Below, piece after piece: positions 38,952 through 48,872 of a stretch of DNA of 64,000 bases. The DNA is from Alphaproteobacteria bacterium (lineage in GTDB: Bacteria; Pseudomonadota; Alphaproteobacteria; UBA828), in NCBI GenBank assembly GCA_965214705.1, contig OZ243972.1, positions 3,168,001 to 3,232,000 of the forward strand, given 5' to 3'. Position numbers and translations under genes: made by a program. The number at the start of each line of letters is the position of its first letter. Positions within the stretch are counted from its first letter, which is position 1. Under the pieces are notes generated by a model. It did not search any database. It saw only the letters and a program-made list of their open reading frames with translations, and had not been told where the DNA came from.

Positions 38952-40472
38952 ATGGCGCTGCTTGAGATGCACGAATGGTACGACCTCGCGCGGGATACCA
39001 ACTGGACTCCCGGCTACGTCGCCGAGGAGGAGATCTTTCCGCCCGAACTCAGCGATCCCTACGGGATTTCGGTCGAGCAGTGGGAGACCTTCGACGAGCC
39101 CTACAAGGTCTGCTACCGGGACTATGTCGAGACCCAGCGCGACAAGGACATCGGCGCCTATTCGGTGAAGTCGGCGCTGGCGCGCGCGGACTTCTTCAAG
39201 AAGGCCACACCGCACTGGAAGGCGCTGCTCGCGCTGCACTTCAGCCCGATCGGCTTCGCCGAATTCCACTCGGCGTCCGCCTTCGCGCGGATGACCCGGT
39301 TCAGCCGGGCGCCGGGTATGCGCAACATGGCGACCTTCGGCACGCTGGACGAAATGCGTCACGGCCAGATCCAGATGTATTTCGCCTACGAGTTCATCAA
39401 GCAGGACCGCGTCTTCGATTGGGCGCACAAGTCGTCCAAGACCGAGAACTGGATCATCATCAGCCTGCGTCATGCGCTGGACGACATCGAGCACACGCGC
39501 GATGCGATCAGCGCCGCGATCATGACCAACTTCGCCTTCGAGCAGGGCTTCACCAACCTGCAGTTCATCGGCCTCTCGGCGGACGCCGCCAAGGCCGGCG
39601 ATCACACCTTCGCCACCATGCTGCAGAGTATCCAGACCGACGAGGCGCGCCATGCGCAGATCGGCACGCCGCTCATCAGCATCATGATCGAGAACGGGCG
39701 CAAGGCGGAGGCGCAGCAGCTGGTCGATATCGGCTTCTGGCGCATCTGGAAGCAGTTCTCGGCGCTCAGCGGCATCTCCATGGACTACTACACGCCGCTG
39801 GAGTTCCGCGAGCACTCGCTCAAGGAGTTCATGCACGAGTGGGTGGTCGATCAATTCGCCCGCAACATGAAGGCGATCGGCCTCGACCTGCCCTGGTACT
39901 GGGACTACTTCCTCCACGATATCGAGACCTTCCACCATTGCCAGCAGATCGGCATCTACGTCTACCGCGCGACGCAGTGGTGGCGGCCCATCGCCTGCGT
40001 CTCGCCGGCCGAGCGCGACTGGCTGGAGGAGAAGTATCCGGGCTGGAACGACACCTACGGCAAGTGCTGGGACGTGGTGATCGACAATATCCGAGGCGGC
40101 CGCTTCGAGAAGACGGTGCCCGAGGTGCCGCCGCTGATCTGCAACATGTGCGGGCTGGAGGTGACCGGGATTGCGGGCGTCGGGCGCCAGGTGAACGGCC
40201 GCACATGGAACGCGACGAACTTCCACCTCGATCACGAAGGCCGGCGCTATCACTTCTGCTCCGAGCCCTGCAAGTGGGTCTTCGAGCTGGAGCCCGCCCG
40301 CTACCAGGGACACCGCAGCATCATAGACCGGTTGCTGGACGGCACCGTGCCGCCCGGCCCCGACGGCTTCTATGAGTACATGGGCCAAAGCTTCGAGGAA
40401 CGCGGCGTCTGCGGCTACGACTATCAGTGGGTCGACGGCTACGACGTGCCGCGCGCCGCGGCGGCGGAGTAG
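38952..40472 (+). CDS. Soluble diiron monooxygenase hydroxylase alpha subunit (TmoA-like, YHS tail)
   Basis: WYDLARDTNWTP, DEMRH, FEQGFTNLQF, DEARH, FCSEPCKW. Confidence 0.93.
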   Translation: MALLEMHEWYDLARDTNWTPGYVAEEEIFPPELSDPYGISVEQWETFDEPYKVCYRDYVETQRDKDIGAYSVKSALARADFFKKATPHWKALLALHFSPIGFAEFHSASAFARMTRFSRAPGMRNMATFGTLDEMRHGQIQMYFAYEFIKQDRVFDWAHKSSKTENWIIISLRHALDDIEHTRDAISAAIMTNFAFEQGFTNLQFIGLSADAAKAGDHTFATMLQSIQTDEARHAQIGTPLISIMIENGRKAEAQQLVDIGFWRIWKQFSALSGISMDYYTPLEFREHSLKEFMHEWVVDQFARNMKAIGLDLPWYWDYFLHDIETFHHCQQIGIYVYRATQWWRPIACVSPAERDWLEEKYPGWNDTYGKCWDVVIDNIRGGRFEKTVPEVPPLICNMCGLEVTGIAGVGRQVNGRTWNATNFHLDHEGRRYHFCSEPCKWVFELEPARYQGHRSIIDRLLDGTVPPGPDGFYEYMGQSFEERGVCGYDYQWVDGYDVPRAAAAE

Positions 40473-40481
40473 GCGCGTATC

Positions 40482-40742
40482 ATGGCCGACATCCCGCTCG
40501 CCGTGCTGCTCGAAGGCGACTACGGCTACAAGGTGCAGGTCTTCGACACCGGCGACACCATGGCGGTGCTGGCGGAGAAGGTCGCCGACCAGGTCGCGGG
40601 CGTCCTGGTGGCGTCGTTCCCGCCCGAGGCCGTCCTCAAGGTCCGCGTGCAGGGCAGCGCAGACCCGTTGCCCGACGAGCTGACCATCGCCGACGCCGGC
40701 TTCGTCGAGATGGAATCCGTGGAAATCTACCGCGCCGGCTGA
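40482..40742 (+). CDS. SDIMO gamma subunit (TmoB-like)
   Basis: PL...EGDY, DTM..LA, ubiquitin-like size; follows alpha. Confidence 0.85.
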   Translation: MADIPLAVLLEGDYGYKVQVFDTGDTMAVLAEKVADQVAGVLVASFPPEAVLKVRVQGSADPLPDELTIADAGFVEMESVEIYRAG

Positions 40743-40773
40743 GCAGGCCACGGCGGGTAAGGAGACGTCGAGC

Positions 40774-41067
40774 ATGACGACGGCAGACGACGCCGGCAAT
40801 CTCGTGGGCCCGGTGATGCGCGCGGGCGACATCGCCGATGCGGTGCTCGAAGCGATCCAGGAGGACAACGAGGGGCGCGAGGTCATCACCGAGGAACACG
40901 CGTCCTACATCCGGATCAAGGTCGCGGACGAGTGCTTCGTGCGCTTCGAGACGGTGGGCGACGTGCTGGGCCGCACGGTCACCCGCGGCGACATCGAGGC
41001 GAACATGCCGAGCTTCGCAGGGTTCATTCGCACCGAACCGGACGGCATCCGGTTCGTCGCGCGCTAG
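40774..41067 (+). CDS. SDIMO effector/coupling protein (TmoD/MmoB/DmpM)
   Basis: NLVGPVMRAGDIA..AI.EDN, YIRI, SFAG.I. Confidence 0.9.
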   Translation: MTTADDAGNLVGPVMRAGDIADAVLEAIQEDNEGREVITEEHASYIRIKVADECFVRFETVGDVLGRTVTRGDIEANMPSFAGFIRTEPDGIRFVAR

Positions 41068-41078
41068 GGAGTACGGAC

Positions 41079-42068
41079 GTGGCGGTCGAAGTCAAAGGCA
41101 TGAAGACGTGGAGCGGCCTCGCCGAGAAGCGGCGGCGGCCCAGCGAGTACGAAGTCGTCACTACCAATCTGCAGACCCGCACGCGGCACCCGGATCAGGC
41201 CTACGAGCTTTCGCCGGCGCCGGACCTGGGGATGAACGAATTCTACAAGCAGAACGTCTCGGAGAGCCCGTTCCAGCACCCGGACTGGGAGGGATATCGC
41301 GACCCCGACGAGATGATCTACCGCGTCTACACGCGAATTCAGGACCAGCAGGAGCAGTACGTCGACGGTCTGCTCGACGAGCACAACGAGATCGGCCACG
41401 ACGCGACGCTCAGTGACGCCTGGCTCGACGCGCTGGAGCGACTCTACACGCCCCGACGCTTCCTGCAGATGGCGCTGCAGATGGGCGCGGCCTATCTGGT
41501 GCAGATTGCGCCCGCGAGCACGATTACGGCCTGCGCCGGGTTTCAGGACGGCGACGAGTTTCGCTGGCTTTCCCGCTGCGCCTACCGGGCGCGCGAGCTG
41601 CAGCGCGCGCATCCTTCGCGCGGCTTCGGCCAGACCGAGCGCCGCACCTGGGAGGAGGAGCCCGCCTGGCAGGGCTTCCGCGAGTTGCTGGAGAGGACGC
41701 TCTCCACCTACGACTGGGGCGAGCACTTCGTGGCGCTCAACCTGGTGGCGAAACCGGCGGCGGACGAGGCGCATCGCCAGCTCGGCCGCGTCGGGCGGCG
41801 CTTCGACGACGGTCTGCTCGGGCTGCTAGCCGACAACCAGATGCGGGACAGCGAGCGTTCGCGGCGCTGGAGCGCGGCGCTCGTCGCCTTCTCGCTGGAG
41901 AACGAGGCGAACGCCGCCGTCCTCAGCGGCTGGATCGAGAAGTGGATGCCACTCGCGCGCCAGGCGGTCGATACCTATTGCGGCGCGCTGCCGGAGCAGG
42001 ACGACGCAGCGGACGCCACTCTCGCGGCAGTCGAGGCCTTCCACCGGAGCCTCGGTCTCGACGCTTAG
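41079..42068 (+). CDS. SDIMO hydroxylase beta subunit (TmoE-like)
   Basis: KTWS.L..RRRPSEYEVVT, DWEGYRDPD, YDWGE.FVALNLV.KP. Confidence 0.92.
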   Translation: MAVEVKGMKTWSGLAEKRRRPSEYEVVTTNLQTRTRHPDQAYELSPAPDLGMNEFYKQNVSESPFQHPDWEGYRDPDEMIYRVYTRIQDQQEQYVDGLLDEHNEIGHDATLSDAWLDALERLYTPRRFLQMALQMGAAYLVQIAPASTITACAGFQDGDEFRWLSRCAYRARELQRAHPSRGFGQTERRTWEEEPAWQGFRELLERTLSTYDWGEHFVALNLVAKPAADEAHRQLGRVGRRFDDGLLGLLADNQMRDSERSRRWSAALVAFSLENEANAAVLSGWIEKWMPLARQAVDTYCGALPEQDDAADATLAAVEAFHRSLGLDA

Positions 42069-42095
42069 GGCGATTCCGCCTTCGGCGGAAACGCC
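42068..42095 (+). terminator. Hairpin immediately after the SDIMO operon
   Basis: GGGCG-A-TTCCGC-CTTCG-GCGGAA-A-CGCCC. Confidence 0.55.
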
Positions 42096-42253
42096 CACGC
42101 CATTATTCGCTCACGGCAGCCGGCCGTCGCGCGAGTCAGCGCGCCTATGGGCGCGACGACCGGCGCCTCCGCGAGGGCGCCGCATAAGCGGCGGGCCGCG
42201 GTCGCGGCCTGTCGCGAACCCGTCGAAGACGGGTTCGCTCCCGCCCTACGCCC

Positions 42254-42943
42254 TCACCACGGGATGATCGTGCGCTCGGGCGCGTGCCAGAAGGCGGGCT
42301 GAGCGCCGGGCTCGGCAGGCTCGACCTGATCGATGCGCTCGATCAGGGCGGCGGCGGCGTCCTCCGGCGGGCGTGCTTCCTGGCGTTCGTCGTCGAAGGT
42401 CATGGCGGTCGCGACCATGCCGGGGTGCAGGACCACCGCGGCGATGCCGCGCTTCCCAAGATCGTGGGCGAGGTTGACCGCCACCATATTGGCCGCGCAC
42501 TTGGAGACGCGATAGCCGTAGAGCCCGCCCGAGCGGTTGTCGCCGAGCGAGCCGATGCGGCTGGTGATGAAGGCGACCGTCGACCCCGGCTTCAGCCGAC
42601 CCAGCAGGGCCTCCGTCACACGGAGCGGACCCAGCGTGTTGACCTCGAACTGCCGGCGGATGGCGTCGTAGTCGAGCGCGCCCAACTCGTCGCGCGCGGC
42701 AATCCCGGCGTTGTTGATGAGCAGATCGAGCGTCGTGCTGGAGTCCGCGAGCCGCTCGGCAAGGCCTTGCACCGCATCGTCGGAGGTCACGTCCACGCCG
42801 GGCTCGACCCTGATGCCGAGCGCCCGCAGCTCGTCGGAATCGCCCAGACAGGCCGCGATGACGGCGTCGCCGCGTGCGTGACAGGCGCGGCAGAGCGCGT
42901 TGCCGATGCCGCGATCGGCGCCCGTGACCAGAACGGTGCTCAC
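42254..42943 (-). CDS. SDR oxidoreductase (C-signal/CsgA-like)
   Basis: TGADRGIG, NNAG, YRVSK, LHPG. Confidence 0.88.
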   Translation of the reverse strand: MSTVLVTGADRGIGNALCRACHARGDAVIAACLGDSDELRALGIRVEPGVDVTSDDAVQGLAERLADSSTTLDLLINNAGIAARDELGALDYDAIRRQFEVNTLGPLRVTEALLGRLKPGSTVAFITSRIGSLGDNRSGGLYGYRVSKCAANMVAVNLAHDLGKRGIAAVVLHPGMVATAMTFDDERQEARPPEDAAAALIERIDQVEPAEPGAQPAFWHAPERTIIPW

Positions 42944-42973
42944 GGCACAGCCTGCCGCCCCGGCCTGCGTCGT

Positions 42974-44989
42974 TCAGGCGACCCGGAGCGTCGGCTGCTC
43001 ATTGCGCGCCTGCCCCGGCACCTCCCAGTGGGCCGCGGTGCGGCGGCGCAGCATGTCGCGGAACTGCCGGGTGGTGTTGGGTAGAAGCTCGCCCGTGCCC
43101 CAGTCCACGATCACGCCGTACTGGCGAATCAGGTCGAGCGCGTCGAGCTCCTTGCTGCGGTACTTGGCTGCGATGTCCTCCGCATCCACGTCGAGCCAGG
43201 CGTGGCGCTGGGTGCGGATGCGCTCGCGCTCAGCCGCGGTCGCTGCTTCATCCACCTCGTATTCGGCGAGGTCGGCATCGATCTCGCGGACCACGACGCC
43301 ATAGTCCTTCTTCGCCCGCTCGATGGAGACGTAGCCGTCGGCCACGTCCTCGCACACCGTTGCGGGATCGCGCGTGAGGGGGTCGCCGAGCCCGCCGCCG
43401 CCGGCCGACGGCCGGGTCACGGTGTCGCCGGCCTCCACCGGCACGCCCGAGAAGATCGAGCCCAGGTAGCGTTCGCCCTGCGTGCCGGGATTGACCCAGA
43501 CCCCGTGCGGAATCGACGGCAGCCCGCCCCAGAGCCCCCAGGTCACCGAGCGCTCGCGGTCGCAGCAGTAAGAGACCACCGAGCGCTCCGCCTTGGTGAG
43601 GATCGCGCCCTTCTCGACGCCGAGGCCGCCGCGCGAGTTGCCGGGCCCGCCGGAATCGACGATGAGCTCGTGGCCGGTGGTCAGCACCGGGGCGAGCCGC
43701 TCCTGCCCCTCGAAGGGCTGGGTGCCGAGCTGGACGCCGAAGACCGGCCCGGTGGCGCCCCAGCCGTCGCGGCCGTTGCGCGCGCCCCAGCCGCCCACCA
43801 TCCAGTCGTACCACATGAAGTAGGGGCGGTCCTCCTTGCGGCCGTCGCGCCCGCCGATCAGCAGGTACTCGAGGTTGAAGGTGCAGGCCATGGCGCGCTC
43901 GGGCAGGATTTCGGCCCAGAGCTCGAACACCGAGTTCATGATCTTCTCGAACGGGCCCGAGCAGAAGCCCGCGACAGGCGTCGGCCAGTCCGCGTTGACC
44001 ACGGTGCCCTTGGGTCCGAGATCGACCGTGACCACCCGGTAGAAGCCGGAGTTCAGCGGGATGTCGGGCGATTGCATCTTGGTGCCGGCGACGATGGCCG
44101 CGAAGGCGCCGCCGTAGCAGCAGTTGAGGAAGGTCGAGATCGTCTTCGGGTGCGAGCCGGAGAGATCGTAGTGCACGCTGTCGCCGTCGATGGTCATCTT
44201 GATGCGGATCGGGATCAGCCCCTCGCCGGCGACCGGGTCCACGTCGATGTAGTCCTCGGTCTCCCACACGCCGTCGGGCAGCCTGGCGATGCGCTGGCGA
44301 GTCAGCGTCTCCACGTAATCCTGCACCTCGGCGAAGGAGGTCTGGATCACGTCGACGCCGTACTTGTCGCAGAGCCGGCCGACCTCCCGCTCCGCGACGT
44401 TGCAGGCCTCGGCCTGGGCCTGGAGGTCGCCGATGATGTCGGCGGGCGCGCGGGTGTTGTTGGCGATCAGCTCCGCCACGTCCGAGAGGTACTCGCCCTT
44501 GCTGTAGACCCGTACCGGCGTGATGCGGAGCCCCTCGGCCATGTGGTCGAGCGCGCTCACGTTGAACGAGCCCGGCACCGCGCCGCCGACATCGGCCCAG
44601 TGCCCGTTGGCCTGGGAGAAGCCGAGGTGGATGCCCTTGTAGAAAATGGGGCGGACGATGCGCGTGTCGTTGAAGTGGGTGCCGCCCTGGTAGACGTCGT
44701 TCACGACGAAGGTATCGCCGGGGTGGATGTCGTCGCCGAACTTGTTGATGACGGCCTGGGCGGTGTAGTGCAGCGTGCCCACGTGGGCGGCGATGTCGCC
44801 CGAGCCCTGCATGATGGTGTTGCCTTCGGTGTCGCAGATCGCCGAGGAAAAATCCCGCGACCAGATCACGAAGGAGTAGCAGGTGCGGAAAATCTGCTCC
44901 GCCATCTGGTCGACGATGTTGACGTAGGCGTTCTTGAGCACCTCGAAGGTCACGGGGTCGAGCGTGTAGCCTTCTCCGTTCTTGCTCAT
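42974..44989 (-). CDS. Hydantoinase B / oxoprolinase / carboxylase-family subunit
   Basis: LDPVTFEV, GGTHFND, HWADVGG, GGGGLGDP. Confidence 0.92.
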   Translation of the reverse strand: MSKNGEGYTLDPVTFEVLKNAYVNIVDQMAEQIFRTCYSFVIWSRDFSSAICDTEGNTIMQGSGDIAAHVGTLHYTAQAVINKFGDDIHPGDTFVVNDVYQGGTHFNDTRIVRPIFYKGIHLGFSQANGHWADVGGAVPGSFNVSALDHMAEGLRITPVRVYSKGEYLSDVAELIANNTRAPADIIGDLQAQAEACNVAEREVGRLCDKYGVDVIQTSFAEVQDYVETLTRQRIARLPDGVWETEDYIDVDPVAGEGLIPIRIKMTIDGDSVHYDLSGSHPKTISTFLNCCYGGAFAAIVAGTKMQSPDIPLNSGFYRVVTVDLGPKGTVVNADWPTPVAGFCSGPFEKIMNSVFELWAEILPERAMACTFNLEYLLIGGRDGRKEDRPYFMWYDWMVGGWGARNGRDGWGATGPVFGVQLGTQPFEGQERLAPVLTTGHELIVDSGGPGNSRGGLGVEKGAILTKAERSVVSYCCDRERSVTWGLWGGLPSIPHGVWVNPGTQGERYLGSIFSGVPVEAGDTVTRPSAGGGGLGDPLTRDPATVCEDVADGYVSIERAKKDYGVVVREIDADLAEYEVDEAATAAERERIRTQRHAWLDVDAEDIAAKYRSKELDALDLIRQYGVIVDWGTGELLPNTTRQFRDMLRRRTAAHWEVPGQARNEQPTLRVA

Positions 44990-45011
44990 TGTCTCTTCCT
45001 CGCTCTCTGCA

Positions 45012-47066
45012 TCAGCCTTCGGCCTGCGGAATGTGCATGACGATGGTGTGCCAGGGGTCGACCTCGGCCTTGAGGCCGGGCGGCACCAGCACCGTGGAAT
45101 CGAGCTGCTCGATGATCGCCGGCCCTTCGACCACCGCGCCGGCGTGCAGGGCGTCGCGGTCGTAGATGGGCGTCATGATCGCGTCAGGCGCCTCGTCGAA
45201 GACCACCGGCCGCTCGGTCTCGGGCGCCGGCGCCGAGCGGTCCATCTCTTCCCTCGCGAACTCCGCCTTCTGCGAAAGCCCGGTGGCGGTGACCGTGAGG
45301 CGGTAGATCTCGACCGGCGCATCGGGCCTGGAATAGTTGTGCTCGCGGCCGTGCTCCTCGTGGAACTGGGCGATCGCCGCATCCAGCGAGCCGGCAGTCG
45401 CGTCCACCTTGATCGACATGGAGCGCCACTGGCCGAGGTAGCGCATGTCGACGAAGCGCTCGAACTGCATGCGGTCCTCGGTCACGCCCTCGTGTAGGAG
45501 CCGCTCGCGGCCCTCGTCCTCCAGCGTGCTGAAGGTCTGCTCGACCTCCTCGATCTTCGCATCGTCGGTAGAGCGCAGATACATCTGCGACATGTCGTGC
45601 TTGATATCCACCAGCAGGCAGCCGAGCGCGGAGGTGACGCCGGGGTTCGGCGGTACCAGCACGGTCGGGATCGAAAGGTCGCGGGCGAGCGCCACGCCAT
45701 GCAGCGGCCCGGCGCCGCCGAACACTGTCAGCGCGAAGTCGCGCGGGTCGTAGCCCCGCCGGATCGAGACCAGGCGCACGGCGTCCGCCATGTTGGCGTT
45801 GGCCACCTGGAGTATGGAGACAGCCGCCTCCTGCACCGTGAGCCCGAGCGGGTCGGCGATGCGGCGCTTGATCGCCTCTTCGGCGAGCGAGCGGTCCAGG
45901 GTGACGGCGCCGCCCGCGAGCCTGTCGCTGATGCGGCCGAGGACGATGTTGGCGTCGGAGTTGGTGGGCTCCACGCCGCCCCGGCCGTAGCAGGCGGGAC
46001 CGGGCGACGAGCCTGCCGACTGCGGGCCGTTGCGGAGCGAGTTGGCCTCGTCGATCCAGGCGAGCGAGCCGCCGCCCGCGCCGATGGTCAGCACCTCGAT
46101 GCTAGGGAAGCAGATCGGGTAGCCGTACTGCACGTACCAGTCGGTGGTGACCCGCAGGTTGCCCCGGTCGCAGAGCGAGACGTCGGTGCTGGTGCCGCCC
46201 ATGTCCAGGCTGATCGAGTTCTCGTAGCCAGCGAGCTGGGCGACGAAGCGGCTCGCGATGGCGCCCGCCGCGATGCCAGAAGCGGCGAGCCGGGCCGCGA
46301 ACTTGGACGCCGTGCTCTCGGTCATCACGCCGCCACCGGAGTGCAGCAGCAGAATGTCCTCTTCGTAGCCGCCTTCGCGGAGCCGCGTGGCGAGGCGCCC
46401 CACGTAGTCGCCGGCGACCGGCGCGAGCACGGCGTTGGCCACCGTCGTCGAGAAGCGCTCGTGCTCGAAGATCTCGGGCATGATCTCGCTGGAGAGCGAG
46501 ATGGAGGCGCCGGGGACTTCCTCTTCGAGGATGTCGCGCATGCGGCGCTCGTTCTCGGGATTGGCGAAGGCGTTGGCGAAGCAGACGGCGATGGTCGTCA
46601 CGCCGCGCTTGTTGATGATGCGGGCGGCCTCCCGCGCCTCCGCCTCGTTCACCGGCTCGATGACCGCGCCGCTGTAGTCGATGCGCTCGCTGACCACCAG
46701 GCGGTTGCGGCGCTGGATGTAGGGCGGCGCCATCTCCTTATAGGTGTCCCACAGGTCGTCGCGGGTGCCTCGGCGGATCTCGATCACGTCGCGGAAGCCC
46801 TTGGTGGTGACCATGATCGCGGGCGGGAAGTTGCGCGTGATCAGCGCGTTGGTGGCGAGCGTGGTGCCGTGAGCGAAGAGCACCATGTCCTGGAGGTCCA
46901 CCCCGCCGGCCCTGATGCCCTCCAGCACGCCGTCGATGGGGTCGGGCGTCGTCGGGGTCTTGGCGACGCGCATCTGGCCGGACGCTTCGTCTAGGACGCA
47001 CACGTCGGTGAAGGTGCCGCCGACATCACACGCGACGCGAACGGCCGCCCTCGACACGTCATTCAT
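45012..47066 (-). CDS. Hydantoinase A / oxoprolinase family subunit
   Basis: DVGGTFTD, DMGGTSTD, GAGGGS, FGGAGPLH. Confidence 0.92.
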   Translation of the reverse strand: MNDVSRAAVRVACDVGGTFTDVCVLDEASGQMRVAKTPTTPDPIDGVLEGIRAGGVDLQDMVLFAHGTTLATNALITRNFPPAIMVTTKGFRDVIEIRRGTRDDLWDTYKEMAPPYIQRRNRLVVSERIDYSGAVIEPVNEAEAREAARIINKRGVTTIAVCFANAFANPENERRMRDILEEEVPGASISLSSEIMPEIFEHERFSTTVANAVLAPVAGDYVGRLATRLREGGYEEDILLLHSGGGVMTESTASKFAARLAASGIAAGAIASRFVAQLAGYENSISLDMGGTSTDVSLCDRGNLRVTTDWYVQYGYPICFPSIEVLTIGAGGGSLAWIDEANSLRNGPQSAGSSPGPACYGRGGVEPTNSDANIVLGRISDRLAGGAVTLDRSLAEEAIKRRIADPLGLTVQEAAVSILQVANANMADAVRLVSIRRGYDPRDFALTVFGGAGPLHGVALARDLSIPTVLVPPNPGVTSALGCLLVDIKHDMSQMYLRSTDDAKIEEVEQTFSTLEDEGRERLLHEGVTEDRMQFERFVDMRYLGQWRSMSIKVDATAGSLDAAIAQFHEEHGREHNYSRPDAPVEIYRLTVTATGLSQKAEFAREEMDRSAPAPETERPVVFDEAPDAIMTPIYDRDALHAGAVVEGPAIIEQLDSTVLVPPGLKAEVDPWHTIVMHIPQAEG

Positions 47067-47172
47067 TCCTAACGGTCCTCTCCCTTATGTCCCTGCAACC
47101 GACGGCTGCCGCCGCGCGCGGCGGCACAGCTTATTCGGAAGGCGCCCCGAGACCTAGGGTGAGAAAGGCGCC

Positions 47173-48051
47173 CTAACACTTGAGGATGGGGCGGGCGTTC
47201 TTGCCGGCGATGGCGGGGCGGAGCGCGCCCCACGCGTTGAACAGAGCCTCGTGAGCCTGCCAGGTTTCGTGGCTCAGGATGCGGACGATCACCAGGTTGC
47301 CGATGCGGGTGACGCCGGCCTCGGTGCCGTCCACGCCTTCGATCGCCTCGTGCACGTCGTCCTCGACATCCGGCGGCAGATCAGGCGCGTAGCCGAACGC
47401 CATTGCCATGTGCAGCCGGCCGAGCCAGAGCCGCTGCAGCGCGGCGATAGTCTCGGGCGTGGTCGCCACCAGGCGGTCGAGAGCGACCAGGCGGCCGCCG
47501 ATGACGATGCGGAACTCCGAGACCAGATGGTGGAAGCGAAAGACCTCGCCGTCGCCGTAGTGCACGCGGCCGGCCGAGACCATGTCGGTGGCGAAGAGCC
47601 GGGACGAGGGCTCCAGCGCGATCCGGTTGATCCGGTGCACCCGGCTGCGGGCGAAGGGGATCGCCTCGTCCGGGCAGAACTCCAGCAGCGCATTCTCGCC
47701 CACGTGGAGGTCCACGATCTCGCGCGAAATGGCGCCGCCGGGGCACTTGTAGAACTTGCTCGACGCGGTGGTGGTGAAGAGGGCGCGGGTGCCGGGCTCC
47801 AGCACGCCGTGGAAGTGCGAGACGTCGCCCTCGACGAAGCCGCCGCCGCTGTTCACCAGCAGCATGAACGGCTGGTCGTCGTGGTCCTGGTAGTGGTAGC
47901 CCTGCCACTGGAAGGGAATGCGCCAGCAGAGCGGGTCGATTTCCGTGCGCCCGAGCCTGCTCGACGCGCGGACGTTCATCAGCGCGTACTTACCGACGAT
48001 CCATTCGGGATCAGGCTGTACCGGCGCGCTGCTCGGCTCCGTCATGCCCAT
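47173..48051 (-). CDS. ureD: Urease accessory protein UreD
   Basis: [33 protein letters not shown]. Confidence 0.85.
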   Translation of the reverse strand: MGMTEPSSAPVQPDPEWIVGKYALMNVRASSRLGRTEIDPLCWRIPFQWQGYHYQDHDDQPFMLLVNSGGGFVEGDVSHFHGVLEPGTRALFTTTASSKFYKCPGGAISREIVDLHVGENALLEFCPDEAIPFARSRVHRINRIALEPSSRLFATDMVSAGRVHYGDGEVFRFHHLVSEFRIVIGGRLVALDRLVATTPETIAALQRLWLGRLHMAMAFGYAPDLPPDVEDDVHEAIEGVDGTEAGVTRIGNLVIVRILSHETWQAHEALFNAWGALRPAIAGKNARPILKC

Positions 48052-48655
48052 CCATCAGGAGAACGTCGCGCTCGATCCAGGCGATCACCTCGGCAAGGCC
48101 ATCGCCGGCGCGCAGGTTGGTGAAGAGGAAAGGCCGCGTGCCCCGCATCTTCCTGGAATCGCGCTCCATCACGCCGAGGTCGGCGCCTACCATCGGCGCG
48201 AGGTCGATCTTGTTGATGACCAGCAGCGGCGACTTGGTTATGCCGGGTCCGCCCTTGCGCGGGATCTTGTCGCCCTCGGCCACGTCGATCACGTAGATGT
48301 AGCTGTCCACCAGCTCGGGGCTGAAGGTCGCCGCGAGATTGTCGCCGCCGCTCTCGACGAAGACGATGTCGAGGTCGGGATGCAGCGCCGCCATCTCCTC
48401 GATGGCGTGGGCGTTCATCGAGACATCCTCGCGGATCGCCGTGTGCGGGCAGCCGCCGGTCTCGACCCCGGCCACGCGCTCGGGCGCGATGGCGCCCGAC
48501 TTGATGACGAACTCGGCGTCTTCTTTGGTGTAGATGTCGTTGGTGATGGCGGCCAGCGAATGGTTCGGCCCCATGCTGCGGCAGAGCGACACCAGCAGCG
48601 CCGTCTTGCCCGACCCCACCGGCCCGCCGATGCCGATCCTGACCGGCTTGCGCAT
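48011..48655 (-). CDS. ureG: Urease accessory GTPase UreG
   Basis: [27 protein letters not shown]. Confidence 0.97.
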   Translation of the reverse strand: MRKPVRIGIGGPVGSGKTALLVSLCRSMGPNHSLAAITNDIYTKEDAEFVIKSGAIAPERVAGVETGGCPHTAIREDVSMNAHAIEEMAALHPDLDIVFVESGGDNLAATFSPELVDSYIYVIDVAEGDKIPRKGGPGITKSPLLVINKIDLAPMVGADLGVMERDSRKMRGTRPFLFTNLRAGDGLAEVIAWIERDVLLMDGHDGAEQRAGTA

Positions 48656-48730
48656 CCACAAGTCTCCCCGTTTTCCTGCGTCTAACGTCGCGTTTCCGAA
48701 ACGAAAGAGTAGAGTGCTCCCGTCCCCGTC

Positions 48731-48822
48731 TCGTCATGGCCGGGCTTGACCCGGCCATCCACTCGCGCATCCCGGTCTTGCTTGGACCGACTGGATGCCC
48801 GGATCAAGTCCGGGCATGACGA
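48731..48822. repeat. Alphaproteobacterial palindromic intergenic repeat (REP/REPIN-like)
   Basis: TCGTCATGGCCGGGCTTGACCCGGCCATCCA ... TGGATGCCCGGATCAAGTCCGGGCATGACGA. Confidence 0.8.
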
Positions 48823-48872
48823 CAGGAGGTCGATGGCACCCGTGCGCATTTTCAAGACACGACGCCAGACTA

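Noticed and set aside
38952-42068. Methane/propane monooxygenase, or the tmo gene names
   Set aside because: Subunit order and motifs are group-1 (Tmo-like), but the substrate cannot be assigned, so no symbols are given.
47107-47126. 20-bp perfect GC palindrome between ureD and hyuA
   Set aside because: No U-tract; at most an mRNA-stabilising hairpin, so not enough to call a terminator.
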